Below are positions 37,530-47,925 of a stretch of 64,000 nt of DNA, piece by piece. The notes under the pieces were generated by a model. It did no database searches. It was not told where the DNA came from and saw nothing but the letters and a program-made list of their open reading frames with translations. Location: positions 8,629 to 72,628 of the forward strand of contig JBAYKT010000002.1 in assembly GCA_041664445.1 (NCBI GenBank), given 5' to 3'. The position numbers and the translations under genes are program-made. This DNA is from Patescibacteria group bacterium (lineage in GTDB: Bacteria; Patescibacteriota; Patescibacteriia; Patescibacteriales; UBA12465). Position 1 is the first letter of the stretch, and each line of letters starts with the position of its first letter.

Positions 37530-40500
37530 CTAAACCTGTCTAAATTCGCAAATCGTTCTAAAATCACAAAATTCACACATCGGTGACGGCGATGGCGTAA
37601 AATCACGCCTTTTAATAGCGGCGATTTCGGCCATCACGCCCGTTTTTAACTTTTCAATATCTTTCTCGGTGGCATTAAAAGAAAACTTTTCACCGCTTTC
37701 CAAATAATAATAACTTAGCTGACTCACTTTTTCGCCTAAAAATTCTTCCAAAAATATTTTGTATAAAATAAGCTGGCGCTTATCTTTAAATTCCAATTTG
37801 GTTTTGCTTTTGCCGGTCTTATAATCAATAATTTCCAAGCTGCCATCGGCTAAGCGGTCGACTCTATCCATCGTCCCCTTGATAACATCGCTGCCAATTT
37901 TGAAAGAAAACTTTTTTTCCAAAAAGATGATTTCAGACGGCGGATTATTTTGATAATCAGTCAAAAAACGATTTAAAGCCAAGCGCCCTTTCTCCAGATA
38001 AGCGGCGCGCTCCTCCTTATCTTTGTAGCCGTCCGGCTGCCAAAATTCTTGATAAAGCGTAGCTAATCTTTTAGCAGTTATTAGGTCTTCTATTTTTAGC
38101 GGTACTTTTTCATCAGCAAATAAACTGGCTTGGATTTTTTTAGTCTCGCTTAAAATCGGCAGTAAAAAATTATATAAAGTATTATGCAGGACACGTCCGA
38201 AAATAAGCGATGCCTTGTCGGAAGCGGCAGGAATTTTTAAAATGAAGGCAAATTTATACTGCAAGGGGCAAGTGGCAAAGGCCGCTAACTGCGAAAAAGA
38301 AAATTTTTCCGGCAACGGGTACAGCTCTTCCGGATTCTTTGACCTGAGCGGTGCCGGTTCTTTAACGTTCAATAAATGAATATCTTTTAGGAACTCATTA
38401 CGGCGGCTTAACTGCACTTGATCCGAAATTTCCGGTTCAATTCCCATCTCCAAAATAAAACGAGATGGCTTCTTTTCTCTAAGCAAACCATAATCTTTGG
38501 CGCTAGTCAGATAAAGTTCTTCCTTGGCTCTAGTGGCGGCGACGTAAAACAAGCGGCGTTCTTCCTCTAAATGTGCTTCCGGCCCCGGAACATTTTTTTC
38601 TTTGATAAGCGCTTCTGGAATAGAAATTTTCTCGCTGCGTGAAATGGTGGGGAATTTTTTATCAACTAAATTAACAATAAAGACATATTTAAATTCCAAA
38701 CCTTTAGCGCCGTGGACGGTCATAATTTTCACCGTTTCATTATCCGCAAAATCTAGTTTTAAAGAACCGGTTTCTCCTGCTTCCAATTCTAAATTAATGA
38801 CTTCCAAAAAATCTTTTAATTTTACGTCGGCATTATTATCTTCCACAGCTTTCATTTTTTGATAAAGCTGATTAAGGTAAGAAAATAATTCCAAATCTCT
38901 GTCTTTGTCCATCTTTTCCAGCAAACCGGAATCATAAGCAAAATGCAAAAATATTTTTGTCGGCTTATTATTGGCCACTAAAACTGAATGCGTCTCCACT
39001 AACTTCAACAATTTTTTAATATTGGAAACACTGGTCGAGCTAATGCCTTGAATCAAATCAATATTTTTTAGAGCTTCATAAAGCGACCAAACTTTGCGGG
39101 CAGCAATTTTATTAATCGCGACCAAATCAAGATGCGCCACTTTGAAAGCCTCCATATTCAAAACGCGAAACAACGCCGCTGATTCATGATAATTATCCAA
39201 TAAACGGAAGTAAGCAAGAATATCCAGCACGAGCGGCTTATAATACAGACCGCGCCAAGACATAAACTGGTTGGGAATATCCAAGCGTCCCAACTCTTTA
39301 ACATAGGCATCAGCCGTATCATTGGCTCTGACTAAAATTGCAAAATCAAGCCAGCTAATCTCTTCACCTTGAGCAATTTTTTCTTCATAAATATTTTTAA
39401 TGCAGTTAGCAACAAAAGAAACTTCTTCGTCCTGCGTATCAAAATTAAAAAACTTAAGGGCCGGCTCATTTTTTTTGCCTTTGTTAACCGCTCCTTTAGC
39501 CAAAAGGTGTTTGTCTATTTTTAATTTTACCTCCAAACGATTGGGGTCATTATGACTGATAAACTTATGCGCGCGGTCAAGAATTTCCTGGCGTGAACGA
39601 TAGTTCTCGGTTAAGACTATTTCTTGAGCCTGTGGGTAATCTTCTTTAAACTGCATGATATTGGAAATAGAGGCGCCACGAAATTTATAAATCGCCTGAT
39701 CATCGTCGCCAACTACCAATAGATTATTATGCGGGGCGGCCAAAAGACGGACTAATTTATATTGCGCCAGATTGGTATCTTGAAATTCATCAACCATAAT
39801 ATACTTAAATTTCTGACGATAGTATTTTAACAAGTTGGGGCGTTCGATAAATAATTTAATGGCATAAAAAATCAAAGCGCCGAAATCAAGATAATTGTTT
39901 TCTAATAGTAATTGGTTATAGACATGATAAGCATCAGCTAATTCTTTAAGTCGGGTTATTTCCAATTCTTCACCTGATTCATCGTCACTATCCGCCTCTA
40001 TAATTTTAACTTTAGTTTTTTTAGACAATTTTTTCCCGCTTAAACACTCATCCTGATTAGACTCCAGGTCCTCAACATATTTCAGATATTCTTCCGGGCT
40101 GATATTTTCATCTTTCAACCGGGAAAAATGCTTTAAAAGCTCCGAGATAAACTTGGTCGGATTACCGAGAGGACGATAATAATCCAACTGGAATCGGGAT
40201 AAATTTTTCTTAATTAAAACCCACTGGTCAGTTTCATTCAAAAGTTTGAAGCCGGGATTCAAGCCGATTTCTAAGGCGTGATCGCGCAAAATTCGTTCAC
40301 AAAAGCCATGAAAAGTATTAATCCATAAATCGACATAACCATAAGGCATAATTTTATCAGCCCGTTCTTCCATTTCTCCGGCCGCTTTTTCGGTAAAGGT
40401 CAACAATAAAATTTCATCGGTAGAAATTTTCCGGTTAATAATTAAATGGGCCAAGCGATTAATTAAAACCGTAGTTTTTCCAGTACCGGCGCCGGCCACA

Positions 40501-40574
40501 ATCAAAAGTGGGCCATCTTCATGCAAAACCGCCGCTTGCTGCGCTTGATTCAATTTTTTAAAATCTGCCAACAT
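37530..40574 (-). CDS. UvrD/PcrA-family helicase fused to a C-terminal PD-(D/E)XK nuclease with four Cys (AdnAB/AddAB-like)
   Basis: AGAGTGKT, VDEFQD, GDDDQAIY, TVHGAKGLEF, EERRLFYVA; then SFSQL...CPLQY, DRVD, IIDYKTG, CEFCDFRTIC. Confidence 0.9.
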   Translation of the reverse strand: MLADFKKLNQAQQAAVLHEDGPLLIVAGAGTGKTTVLINRLAHLIINRKISTDEILLLTFTEKAAGEMEERADKIMPYGYVDLWINTFHGFCERILRDHALEIGLNPGFKLLNETDQWVLIKKNLSRFQLDYYRPLGNPTKFISELLKHFSRLKDENISPEEYLKYVEDLESNQDECLSGKKLSKKTKVKIIEADSDDESGEELEITRLKELADAYHVYNQLLLENNYLDFGALIFYAIKLFIERPNLLKYYRQKFKYIMVDEFQDTNLAQYKLVRLLAAPHNNLLVVGDDDQAIYKFRGASISNIMQFKEDYPQAQEIVLTENYRSRQEILDRAHKFISHNDPNRLEVKLKIDKHLLAKGAVNKGKKNEPALKFFNFDTQDEEVSFVANCIKNIYEEKIAQGEEISWLDFAILVRANDTADAYVKELGRLDIPNQFMSWRGLYYKPLVLDILAYFRLLDNYHESAALFRVLNMEAFKVAHLDLVAINKIAARKVWSLYEALKNIDLIQGISSTSVSNIKKLLKLVETHSVLVANNKPTKIFLHFAYDSGLLEKMDKDRDLELFSYLNQLYQKMKAVEDNNADVKLKDFLEVINLELEAGETGSLKLDFADNETVKIMTVHGAKGLEFKYVFIVNLVDKKFPTISRSEKISIPEALIKEKNVPGPEAHLEEERRLFYVAATRAKEELYLTSAKDYGLLREKKPSRFILEMGIEPEISDQVQLSRRNEFLKDIHLLNVKEPAPLRSKNPEELYPLPEKFSFSQLAAFATCPLQYKFAFILKIPAASDKASLIFGRVLHNTLYNFLLPILSETKKIQASLFADEKVPLKIEDLITAKRLATLYQEFWQPDGYKDKEERAAYLEKGRLALNRFLTDYQNNPPSEIIFLEKKFSFKIGSDVIKGTMDRVDRLADGSLEIIDYKTGKSKTKLEFKDKRQLILYKIFLEEFLGEKVSQLSYYYLESGEKFSFNATEKDIEKLKTGVMAEIAAIKRRDFTPSPSPMCEFCDFRTICEFRQV

Positions 40575-40581
40575 ATATTTA

Positions 40582-41706
40582 TTAATTAGGGTTTCTTGTT
40601 AAATCAAGACGACCAGATTTAATATCCGTTTCTAAATCAGAATCGACTTGCGACCAACTACTAAATTTATCTAGAAATTTTGTTTTTTCAGCCGCCGTCA
40701 TTAAACGCGGTGCTGCCTTTTCCGATTTTAGAGGGTAAAGAAAAATAGTAGTAGTCGAGGAGCCAATATTTAAGCCAATGCTCAAACCTTCTTGCGTATC
40801 TTCCGAAAAATACTGATCAAAAATAAAATTTCCTAGAGAATAAAAAATCGGCTTCCCTTGATAAAGCTCCATTCCTTGAACGACATGCGGATGATGACCA
40901 ATAATCGCATCGGCGCCAGCCGCAACTAAGGCTCGCCCGATATTTTGCTGATGTTCACTAAACTGATGCTGATATTCAGCGCCCCAATGAATATTAACAA
41001 TTACTAAATCGGTTTCTAGGCTAGCTGTTTCAATTAATTTTTCCGCCGCCTCTAAATCAAAGTTATTATAAACCATTGATAGGCCAATCAGCGCTATTTT
41101 TTGGTTTGAAACAATAACATCTTTTCGAGAATATTCATCAATTTTAGCATCAGTTGAACCACTATAATTAAAGCCGAGCTCACTTAAATTTTTTCTGGTC
41201 TCTTCAACTCCTATTTGTCCCTGATCGCTAAAATGATTATTAGCCGAAGTAAAATAATTAAATCCATACGCCTTAAGTTCGGCAATTCTCTCCGGCGCAA
41301 AAGCAAAATCATAAGCATTTTGCGGCGCATAATGCCTTCCTTCGTCAGTAACGGCGCCTTCTAAATTAGCGCCAACAATATCCGCTCCCTCCCAAAACTT
41401 ATTATCGCCATCAAGGCCAGATAATAAATAGGAAAGCGGTTGGCCCGCTAAACGTTCGCCGACGTGCCGGTCTAACATCAAATCACCGAAAAAATAAAAA
41501 CGCAAATTATTATTAGCCGTGGCATTATTTGGAAGATGCCACTGCGTTTGCGCACTGAGAATAGCTTGGTGATTATTTAAAATTTCAGAACCATATTGTT
41601 GGAAATCATCGGCCAAATATCGGTAGCGGCTGATTATAAAAAAGCTGCCCAAAAAAATAAAGGCGACAATTAATATTTCCGCTTTTTGGAATTTTATTTT
41701 CCACAT
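40582..41706 (-). CDS. CapA/PgsA-family metallophosphoesterase-fold protein, membrane anchored
   Basis: GDLMLDR, NLEG, ANNH, HWGAEY, GHHPHVVQ, YSLGNFIFDQ. Confidence 0.9.
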   Translation of the reverse strand: MWKIKFQKAEILIVAFIFLGSFFIISRYRYLADDFQQYGSEILNNHQAILSAQTQWHLPNNATANNNLRFYFFGDLMLDRHVGERLAGQPLSYLLSGLDGDNKFWEGADIVGANLEGAVTDEGRHYAPQNAYDFAFAPERIAELKAYGFNYFTSANNHFSDQGQIGVEETRKNLSELGFNYSGSTDAKIDEYSRKDVIVSNQKIALIGLSMVYNNFDLEAAEKLIETASLETDLVIVNIHWGAEYQHQFSEHQQNIGRALVAAGADAIIGHHPHVVQGMELYQGKPIFYSLGNFIFDQYFSEDTQEGLSIGLNIGSSTTTIFLYPLKSEKAAPRLMTAAEKTKFLDKFSSWSQVDSDLETDIKSGRLDLTRNPN

Positions 41707-41723
41707 AAGCGATACACAATAAA

Positions 41724-42989
41724 TTAAAATCTTAAAACCTTATTAAAATCACCATCTTTTACCCGTCCAATAACCGCTAAGTTCAAACCAGAATCAACAA
41801 ATATTTTTTTAGCGGTTTTTTGCAAGCTAAGCGGAGTAATCGCGGCAATTTTTTTCATAAACTCAGCCGGGGTCATAATTTGCCGACGCAAAATTGATTG
41901 GCGCGCATACCAATTAGCGACATTATCCGTCGCCTCCATCTGCAAAAGCAGGCGTCCACGCAGTAAATCTTTAGCGCGATTCAATTCCTTAAGCGGTATC
42001 GGCTCGGTAATTAAGCGACGATACTCATTAATGATAATTTCTACCGCCTGCTGTGTTTTCTCAGTCGGTACGCCGGCTTGGGTGGTCAAATATCCGGAAT
42101 CAGAATAAAGTTCCGTATCAGTTTTAACATAATAAGCTAAGCCGTTGCGTTCACGAAGATTAATAAATAAACGTGAACTCATGGCTCCGCCTAGAATTAT
42201 AGATAAAAGCTTAACATTAAATTCTTCAGCATGGCCCAAGGCAAACGTTCTGACCGCTAATGAAAGATTGGCCTGATCAATGTCCTTGAAAGAGGTCTTA
42301 ACTCTTGGTTTTATTTGTTGAACTTTGGTCTTGGTTTGCGCTTGCCATTTATTAGGCTTAAGGGCGCTAAAAATTGCTTTAGCTTTATTAATATCTTTGT
42401 CTTTAACGCCACCTGCCAAAATCAAACACGCGCTGTTGGCGCCATATTGGGCCTCAAGGTAAGATATAAAGTCTTGACGCGTGAAACGTTTGATATTTTC
42501 TTTAGTGCCAACAGTTTCCCAACCGGCCGGGGTATCCCCATAAATACAGGCTTCGAGCACATCCTCAATATGCATCATTGGATTCTCTTCATACATATTA
42601 AGCTCTTCAATGATAACCCCTTTTTCGCGCTGAATTTCCGTCTCTTCCATTTTAGAATGCAAAATCATTTCTCCTAAAATTTCTAAAGCTTGTCCCAGCT
42701 TGTTTTCCGTTGCTTTAATCCAATAGCCGGTATATTCTTTGGAGGTAAAGGCATTAAATTCGCAACCCAAAGAATCTAACTCGCTCGCCAAAGCCAAGGT
42801 ATTAGGATATTTAGCCGTCCCTTTAAAAAATAAATGCTCTAAAAAATGAGAAATGCCATTATTTTTCCTGTTTTCATAACGAGAGCCAGTCTTAAAAATC
42901 AAGAGAGCGGTAGCAGTTTTTGCCCCCGGTAAGGCAATTTTGATAATGGGCGTCTTATTTGACAATATTATCTTTTTATATTTATCCAT
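41724..42989 (-). CDS. M16 (pitrilysin-like) zinc peptidase
   Basis: HFLEH inverted Zn motif, NAFTSKEYT, SRLFINLRERNGLAY. Confidence 0.93.
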   Translation of the reverse strand: MDKYKKIILSNKTPIIKIALPGAKTATALLIFKTGSRYENRKNNGISHFLEHLFFKGTAKYPNTLALASELDSLGCEFNAFTSKEYTGYWIKATENKLGQALEILGEMILHSKMEETEIQREKGVIIEELNMYEENPMMHIEDVLEACIYGDTPAGWETVGTKENIKRFTRQDFISYLEAQYGANSACLILAGGVKDKDINKAKAIFSALKPNKWQAQTKTKVQQIKPRVKTSFKDIDQANLSLAVRTFALGHAEEFNVKLLSIILGGAMSSRLFINLRERNGLAYYVKTDTELYSDSGYLTTQAGVPTEKTQQAVEIIINEYRRLITEPIPLKELNRAKDLLRGRLLLQMEATDNVANWYARQSILRRQIMTPAEFMKKIAAITPLSLQKTAKKIFVDSGLNLAVIGRVKDGDFNKVLRF

Positions 42990-43092
42990 AGCTATTTAAA
43001 GTTATTTTATTAAATCTTATTTTAAATTTAGCACATATTTGCTATAATTTAAAGCGAAGAATAAATTTAATTTCAATTAAAATCCTTCTCTT

Positions 43093-43809
43093 ATGAGCTA
43101 CAAAATTAATGATCGCAACACCATTTTAAATAGCGGCCGCCAATATAAGATAACCCGGGTCAAGGATATGCCGGATGAAGAAAAGCCGCGCGAAAAAATG
43201 TTAGAAAATGGACCCGGAGCCTTAAGCGCTGCCGAATTATTAGCGGTTGTTCTGGGCACCGGCACCAAAAAAGAAGAAGTGTTTTCCATGTCTTCACGCT
43301 TATTGCGCGAATACGGCGAAAAAGGAATTGCTTATCAAAAAAATCCAGCCGTGATTGAAAAAGACTTGGGCATCCCTCAAGTAAAAGCTTGCCAGATAGT
43401 CGCTTGCTTTGAGCTCGGTCGCCGTTTCTACCAAAAAAAACCGGGTGGCTCAATTACTATTAGAACTGCCAAGCAGGCTTATGAATATCTGAAAGATATG
43501 GGCAATTTAAATAAAGAACAATTTAGAGGTTTATATCTAAACACCCATTATCAGCTTATCCATGATGAAGTAATTTCTATCGGCACGCTTGATGCGGCCA
43601 TCGTTCAGCCGCGCGAAGTCTTCCGGCCAGCCTTGGAATATTCGGCCGCCGCGATGATTATTGCCCACAACCATCCCTCCGGCGTTTTAAAGGCCACCAA
43701 GGCGGATGTCGAAATTACTGATAAATTAATTGCTGCCGGAAAAATTTTAGATATTGAAATTTTGGATCATCTGATAATCGGCAAAAACAAATTTAATAGT
43801 ATTATTTAG
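43093..43809 (+). CDS. radC: RadC family (JAB domain) protein
   Basis: KPREKM, ELLAVVLGTG, ELGRR, PREVF, HNHPSG, LDHLII. Confidence 0.93.
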   Translation: MSYKINDRNTILNSGRQYKITRVKDMPDEEKPREKMLENGPGALSAAELLAVVLGTGTKKEEVFSMSSRLLREYGEKGIAYQKNPAVIEKDLGIPQVKACQIVACFELGRRFYQKKPGGSITIRTAKQAYEYLKDMGNLNKEQFRGLYLNTHYQLIHDEVISIGTLDAAIVQPREVFRPALEYSAAAMIIAHNHPSGVLKATKADVEITDKLIAAGKILDIEILDHLIIGKNKFNSII

Positions 43810-43810
43810 C

Positions 43811-44092
43811 ATGTCTGCCAAATATCTAATAAAACCTGGTGTCTGGTTGCTAAAAGATGAAGCCAGTACCAAGTTTCATCTTTCTCAAGACGATTATTTT
43901 GGTACCATTGCCACAATTTTGAGTCTTTGGCGCCAAAATATTGAAAAAAATCCGGACCTTATTAATCCGGATTTTTATCAAACTTTAAATGAAGTAGAAA
44001 AAGATTTAATCTGGCTACAAAAAAACTATCAAATCAAGCCAAGGATTAAAAAGAAAAATAAAATCCCAAAGGGTAAAGAAATTAGCCAATGA
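43811..44092 (+). CDS. Hypothetical protein, 93 aa
   Basis: ATG 1 nt after the radC stop; FHLSQDDYFGTIATILSL segment; 3' end overlaps the convergent gene. Confidence 0.55.
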   Translation: MSAKYLIKPGVWLLKDEASTKFHLSQDDYFGTIATILSLWRQNIEKNPDLINPDFYQTLNEVEKDLIWLQKNYQIKPRIKKKNKIPKGKEISQ

Positions 44093-45315
44093 TCGAGCAT
44101 CATCATAATCACCAGTGCTACAATAATCGAAAAGGCAAAATTTTGACGGCGCGGACTAAGCGCCAAAAAAATTAAAAATAAAATTACTGCCAAAAAAGCG
44201 AAGACGCCATTTTCCGCAAAAACCAAGAGAAAGGCATTATGAACTGGTTGATAATAATTAAAATTACTGACTGACGAATTTTTTTCTAAATATTTTACAT
44301 AATTAGCATTACCCACTCCAAACCAGGGGTGGTTTTTTATTATTTTCCCGGACTGAACAGCATAATCTTCACGCTCTGAAATAGATATTTGTTCCAAGCG
44401 TGAAGTGGCCGTAAAACGAGTTAAAGCCAACTCACGATAAGGCAAAGCGGCAATAACCAAGAGTGCCACGGAAAAGAAAATTAATGCTAAAAATCGTTTT
44501 GCTACCCAACGATCTTCCCGCTTATAAATAACCCAGGCTAAAATCAACATGCCGACGGCATAGGCCAACCAAGCGGCCCGCGAGAAAGAGAAAAACATGG
44601 CAATCAGCGCAAAAAAATAACTGAAAAACAACATAATCAAGCCCCAAATCTGAATATTGGAATTAATTATTTTTTTACGGGCCAATAAATAAGCTGATAA
44701 AATCAAAGAAATGGCTAGCACCCCGCCTAAAACATTAGGGTGATCAAGGCCGCCATAAGCTCGCAGCCAACGACCGGAAGCTGTTTCAATAACCGCGGTT
44801 CCAACTACTTCCGGATCATGAGCGGCCAAACCTAAATATTTGAAGGCAAAAGATTTTTGACTGAGAAATTGATAAATCCCTAAAGAGGCTTGAAAAAAAG
44901 TGCTGGTCAAAAAAACATAGATAATTCTCGTTCTATTTAAACAGCTATCTTCATAAGCGGCGCGATTAATTCCTTCTCTAACCAGATAAAATAGGCCTAA
45001 ACCTCCCAAAAATAATAAGTAATGAAAAGTGGCTAAAAGTTTATCGGGCGCATAGAAAAAAGAAACTACCATCACAATTTCCAGTACCCCCAAAAAATAC
45101 CAAAGCAGAGGTGTTTTACGACCAGAATCTCTAGTCCAGATTTTATATATAAAAAAACAGATTAAGGCTAGTAGCAAAACTAAATGACTGACATACAAAC
45201 TAATGTCGTTAAAATTATTAAGCGCCGGCCGAAGAATTAGCTTGGTTTGCCAAGGCAAAATAAAAACAAAAACTAACAAAAAAAATTCAGTTAATCTTTT
45301 GAAGAAGTTCATCAT
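44029..45315 (-). CDS. O-antigen-ligase-like (Wzy_C) membrane protein
   Basis: LRAYGGLDHPNVLGG, SFSRAAW, GVGNANY, PVHNAFLLVFAENG, DHWL; start set at MMNFF (45315). Confidence 0.85.
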   Translation of the reverse strand: MMNFFKRLTEFFLLVFVFILPWQTKLILRPALNNFNDISLYVSHLVLLLALICFFIYKIWTRDSGRKTPLLWYFLGVLEIVMVVSFFYAPDKLLATFHYLLFLGGLGLFYLVREGINRAAYEDSCLNRTRIIYVFLTSTFFQASLGIYQFLSQKSFAFKYLGLAAHDPEVVGTAVIETASGRWLRAYGGLDHPNVLGGVLAISLILSAYLLARKKIINSNIQIWGLIMLFFSYFFALIAMFFSFSRAAWLAYAVGMLILAWVIYKREDRWVAKRFLALIFFSVALLVIAALPYRELALTRFTATSRLEQISISEREDYAVQSGKIIKNHPWFGVGNANYVKYLEKNSSVSNFNYYQPVHNAFLLVFAENGVFAFLAVILFLIFLALSPRRQNFAFSIIVALVIMMMLDHWLISLPFGILFFFLILGLI

Positions 45316-46168
45316 ACTTAGACTTAAATTTTTCAGCAAATAGACGCCGTCTATCGCCGAGATATAATTTTAAAACACTATCGGAAATAACCACCCCGTC
45401 TGAATTATTCACAGCTCTTTTTAAATCTGGAGACATAATTCTTAATTGCCAACTTTTAGCAATTTTTTCCAAAATATCCAGCCAAGAAAACCTAGCGGCG
45501 GCGGAGTCAATAATATTTTCAGTACTTAATTGGTTCGCTGTTAAAAACCGCTGATAAAAATTACGGGAATTATAAATTGGTAATAAGCCGCGCAACCAAT
45601 AATAAAAATAAGGATCGTCATGACCTAAAGCTAAATCGCGAATGTCTAAATGCTCCTCGGAAATATAAAAACTTAAACAAATCTTATCACGCTTATTGGC
45701 CGTAGTCGGACGACTATTCAGCAACTTAGCCAGCCCTGCACAGAATAAACGACTTAACCAAATCCGCCTGGCGCTCGTGATAATAAAAAAATCGATATCA
45801 CCTTCTTGGCGCAAATTATGATCGCCAATAAAATTAGCAACCGCGATAGTTTTAACAAAAGGCAAAAGCGCAAAAGCGCGCGCAAATCTTCGAGCGATTT
45901 TTACTTTATGACAAGAATAATTATATCGTATTTTTCTGATTTCGACGATATTTTCTCGGCCGTTTAGAAAATAAAAGCCATTTTTTTGACTGATAATTTC
46001 CGAGGCGGCATTTTCTAAAGTTAACTTAAGAGCCGCCAACGAGCCGCGCCGCCCTAAATAATGCCAAATTTCATAAGCCGTCAACGGGAAATCGAACAAA
46101 TCCAAAAAAACTAGGGGCTTTAAAACGTCCCGTACGGATATTTCTTGATTGTCGGAAACGCTAAACAT
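45287..46168 (-). CDS. Putative nucleotidyltransferase-fold protein with a small N-terminal winged-helix-like region
   Basis: FDFPLTAYEIWHYL...GFYFL; PFVKTIAVANF...EGDIDFFIIT (DxD); DKICLSFY. Confidence 0.6.
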   Translation of the reverse strand: MFSVSDNQEISVRDVLKPLVFLDLFDFPLTAYEIWHYLGRRGSLAALKLTLENAASEIISQKNGFYFLNGRENIVEIRKIRYNYSCHKVKIARRFARAFALLPFVKTIAVANFIGDHNLRQEGDIDFFIITSARRIWLSRLFCAGLAKLLNSRPTTANKRDKICLSFYISEEHLDIRDLALGHDDPYFYYWLRGLLPIYNSRNFYQRFLTANQLSTENIIDSAAARFSWLDILEKIAKSWQLRIMSPDLKRAVNNSDGVVISDSVLKLYLGDRRRLFAEKFKSKYDELLQKIN

Positions 46169-47276
46169 TTTTTGGTCTTTCTATTTTCAAAGGTTCAATG
46201 GCGCTCTGTTCACCGGTAATTTTTAAAACATCCTTATCCATTTTTTTAAATTCCAAAGAGGCATTATTATAATGATTGACGGTCGTAGACAAGCTAATGC
46301 CTAATTTTTTCAAAAAGTCGTCATACGCCAGCATGTGCTTGCCCAACTTTTCAATATTAATTTTTATTTCTTTAGCCTTTTCTTCAATTTGCATCGCCTT
46401 TAAGCCCTGAAGAACAGTTTGTAAATAAGCTAAAAATGAAGTTGGAGACACAATAATTACTTTCTTGTCGCGAAAAGCATACTCTATCAAATCGCGAGTA
46501 TTAACTTTAACTGCGCCCACCTTGTTGACTAATAAATCATAATAAATAGCTTCTGATGGAATAAACATAAAAGCAAATTCCATTGTCCCTCTATCCGGAA
46601 GAACATACTTGGAGGTTTCGTCAATTCTGTTTTTTAAATCTTGCTTAAACTGCTGTTCCATTTTTTCGCGCGTCTCTTTATCGGTCGCATTTAAAATGCG
46701 CTCATAATTTTCCAAAGAAAATTTAGCGTCAATCGGAATAATTTTATCTTTCACAAATACCACCGCATCCACGATTAAATCTTTACCCGTTTTGTCAGCC
46801 TTACCGAGCTTGTATTGCATTTCGTAAGAACCTGGCGGCAAAACATTTTTCAAAGTTTCTTCCAAAAAATATTCCCCCAAGACACCGCGCTGTTTAGGAT
46901 TTTTCAAAATATCCTGTAAGTTCTGCAACTGGGAAGAAAAATTAACTACCTGTTTATTGGTCTCATCCAACTTAGCCAGCTTTTCAGTTACATCGGCAAT
47001 TAATTTTGCTGATTGATTAGTAATATTCTGGACGATTTTAGTCGTTTGCCCATATTGCTCCTGATTAGAACGATGGGTTTCGGATAATTTGCGATCCAAT
47101 TCTTGGCGAAGTTCGGTATTTTGTTGCGAGAGTTGAGTTAATTTCTCTGATTGCTGAGCCATCCTCTCCATGAGCGGCAACATCTTATCGGTCCCTTCGT
47201 CTTTCTTTTTAAGTAGAAGATAGATAATAATCCCTAAGCCGCCCAAAACTATTAAAAAAATAGGCCAATTGTCCAT
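46161..47276 (-). CDS. rmuC: DNA recombination protein RmuC
   Basis: N-terminal TM, coiled coil, NPKQRGVLGE, IDAKF, FAFMFIPSEAIY, SPTSF. Confidence 0.92.
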   Translation of the reverse strand: MDNWPIFLIVLGGLGIIIYLLLKKKDEGTDKMLPLMERMAQQSEKLTQLSQQNTELRQELDRKLSETHRSNQEQYGQTTKIVQNITNQSAKLIADVTEKLAKLDETNKQVVNFSSQLQNLQDILKNPKQRGVLGEYFLEETLKNVLPPGSYEMQYKLGKADKTGKDLIVDAVVFVKDKIIPIDAKFSLENYERILNATDKETREKMEQQFKQDLKNRIDETSKYVLPDRGTMEFAFMFIPSEAIYYDLLVNKVGAVKVNTRDLIEYAFRDKKVIIVSPTSFLAYLQTVLQGLKAMQIEEKAKEIKINIEKLGKHMLAYDDFLKKLGISLSTTVNHYNNASLEFKKMDKDVLKITGEQSAIEPLKIERPKNV

Positions 47277-47365
47277 AAAATTTAAAAATTAATATTTTCT
47301 CTTTCTATTATATAACTTTTAGCAAAATTTTGGCATCTTGACGGATAGGCGCAAAATAAGAAAAC

Positions 47366-47392
47366 AAAAACCGGATAAAATACCCGGTTTTT
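47366..47392 (-). terminator. Probable intrinsic terminator
   Basis: aaaaaccgg...ccggttttt inverted repeat downstream of the 47415..47894 gene. Confidence 0.6.
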
Positions 47393-47414
47393 AAAAAATA
47401 CTGATTTTATAAAA

Positions 47415-47894
47415 TTAAACCTGTTCCGGATGTTCAACATTATTTTCATCCGCTGATGAATATTCTCTAAATGTTTTTTTATCAGCTTTTTTGGATTTTA
47501 TAAATTCAATAATTCCAGAGATAGCAACACTGGAAACGGCTAAAGCGACCAGGGTTCCCGCTAACTTTTTAATATCTCCAGTTTCAAAAGCGTTAGACAA
47601 AGATCCTCCGCCCAGACCAGTTATAATAGTGACTGCTACGGCAACTCCTGGTACTCGTTCTAAAATTCTACTAGCAATGCTAGGATTTTCTTGCAGCGCG
47701 GCTTCTATTTCCTCTTGGTTTCCCAAACTCTTTATTTCTGCCTGTAATTTATCAATATTTTCTTTAAATTCTTGAGCCTCAATATTTATTTCTTCTTCAG
47801 TATTATTTTCATTAGATTTTTCTGCTTCTGGAGCCGAACCAACAGCCAGGGATTCTTTTTTGTGTGGTAAAAATTTTTCGAAAAATTTGTTCAT
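47415..47894 (-). CDS. Hypothetical protein with acidic coiled coil and two small-residue-rich TM-like helices
   Basis: Start moved to MNKFF (47894) because the longer start overlaps an upstream small ORF. Confidence 0.6.
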   Translation of the reverse strand: MNKFFEKFLPHKKESLAVGSAPEAEKSNENNTEEEINIEAQEFKENIDKLQAEIKSLGNQEEIEAALQENPSIASRILERVPGVAVAVTIITGLGGGSLSNAFETGDIKKLAGTLVALAVSSVAISGIIEFIKSKKADKKTFREYSSADENNVEHPEQV

Positions 47895-47925
47895 ATGTTT
47901 TTTATTAAATAAATTTACACCCAGC

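Noticed and set aside
37530-38300. Cas4-like nuclease suggesting a CRISPR or defence locus
   Set aside because: The domain is fused to a UvrD helicase in a ruvB repair context; no array or other cas genes are present.
40582-41706. Poly-gamma-glutamate capsule locus
   Set aside because: Only a CapA-family gene is present; capB and capC are absent from the window, and stand-alone CapA-family proteins are common.
43093-43809. radC as a marker of a mobile element
   Set aside because: It is the full-length chromosomal type, with no integrase, transposase, att-like repeats or obvious compositional shift nearby.
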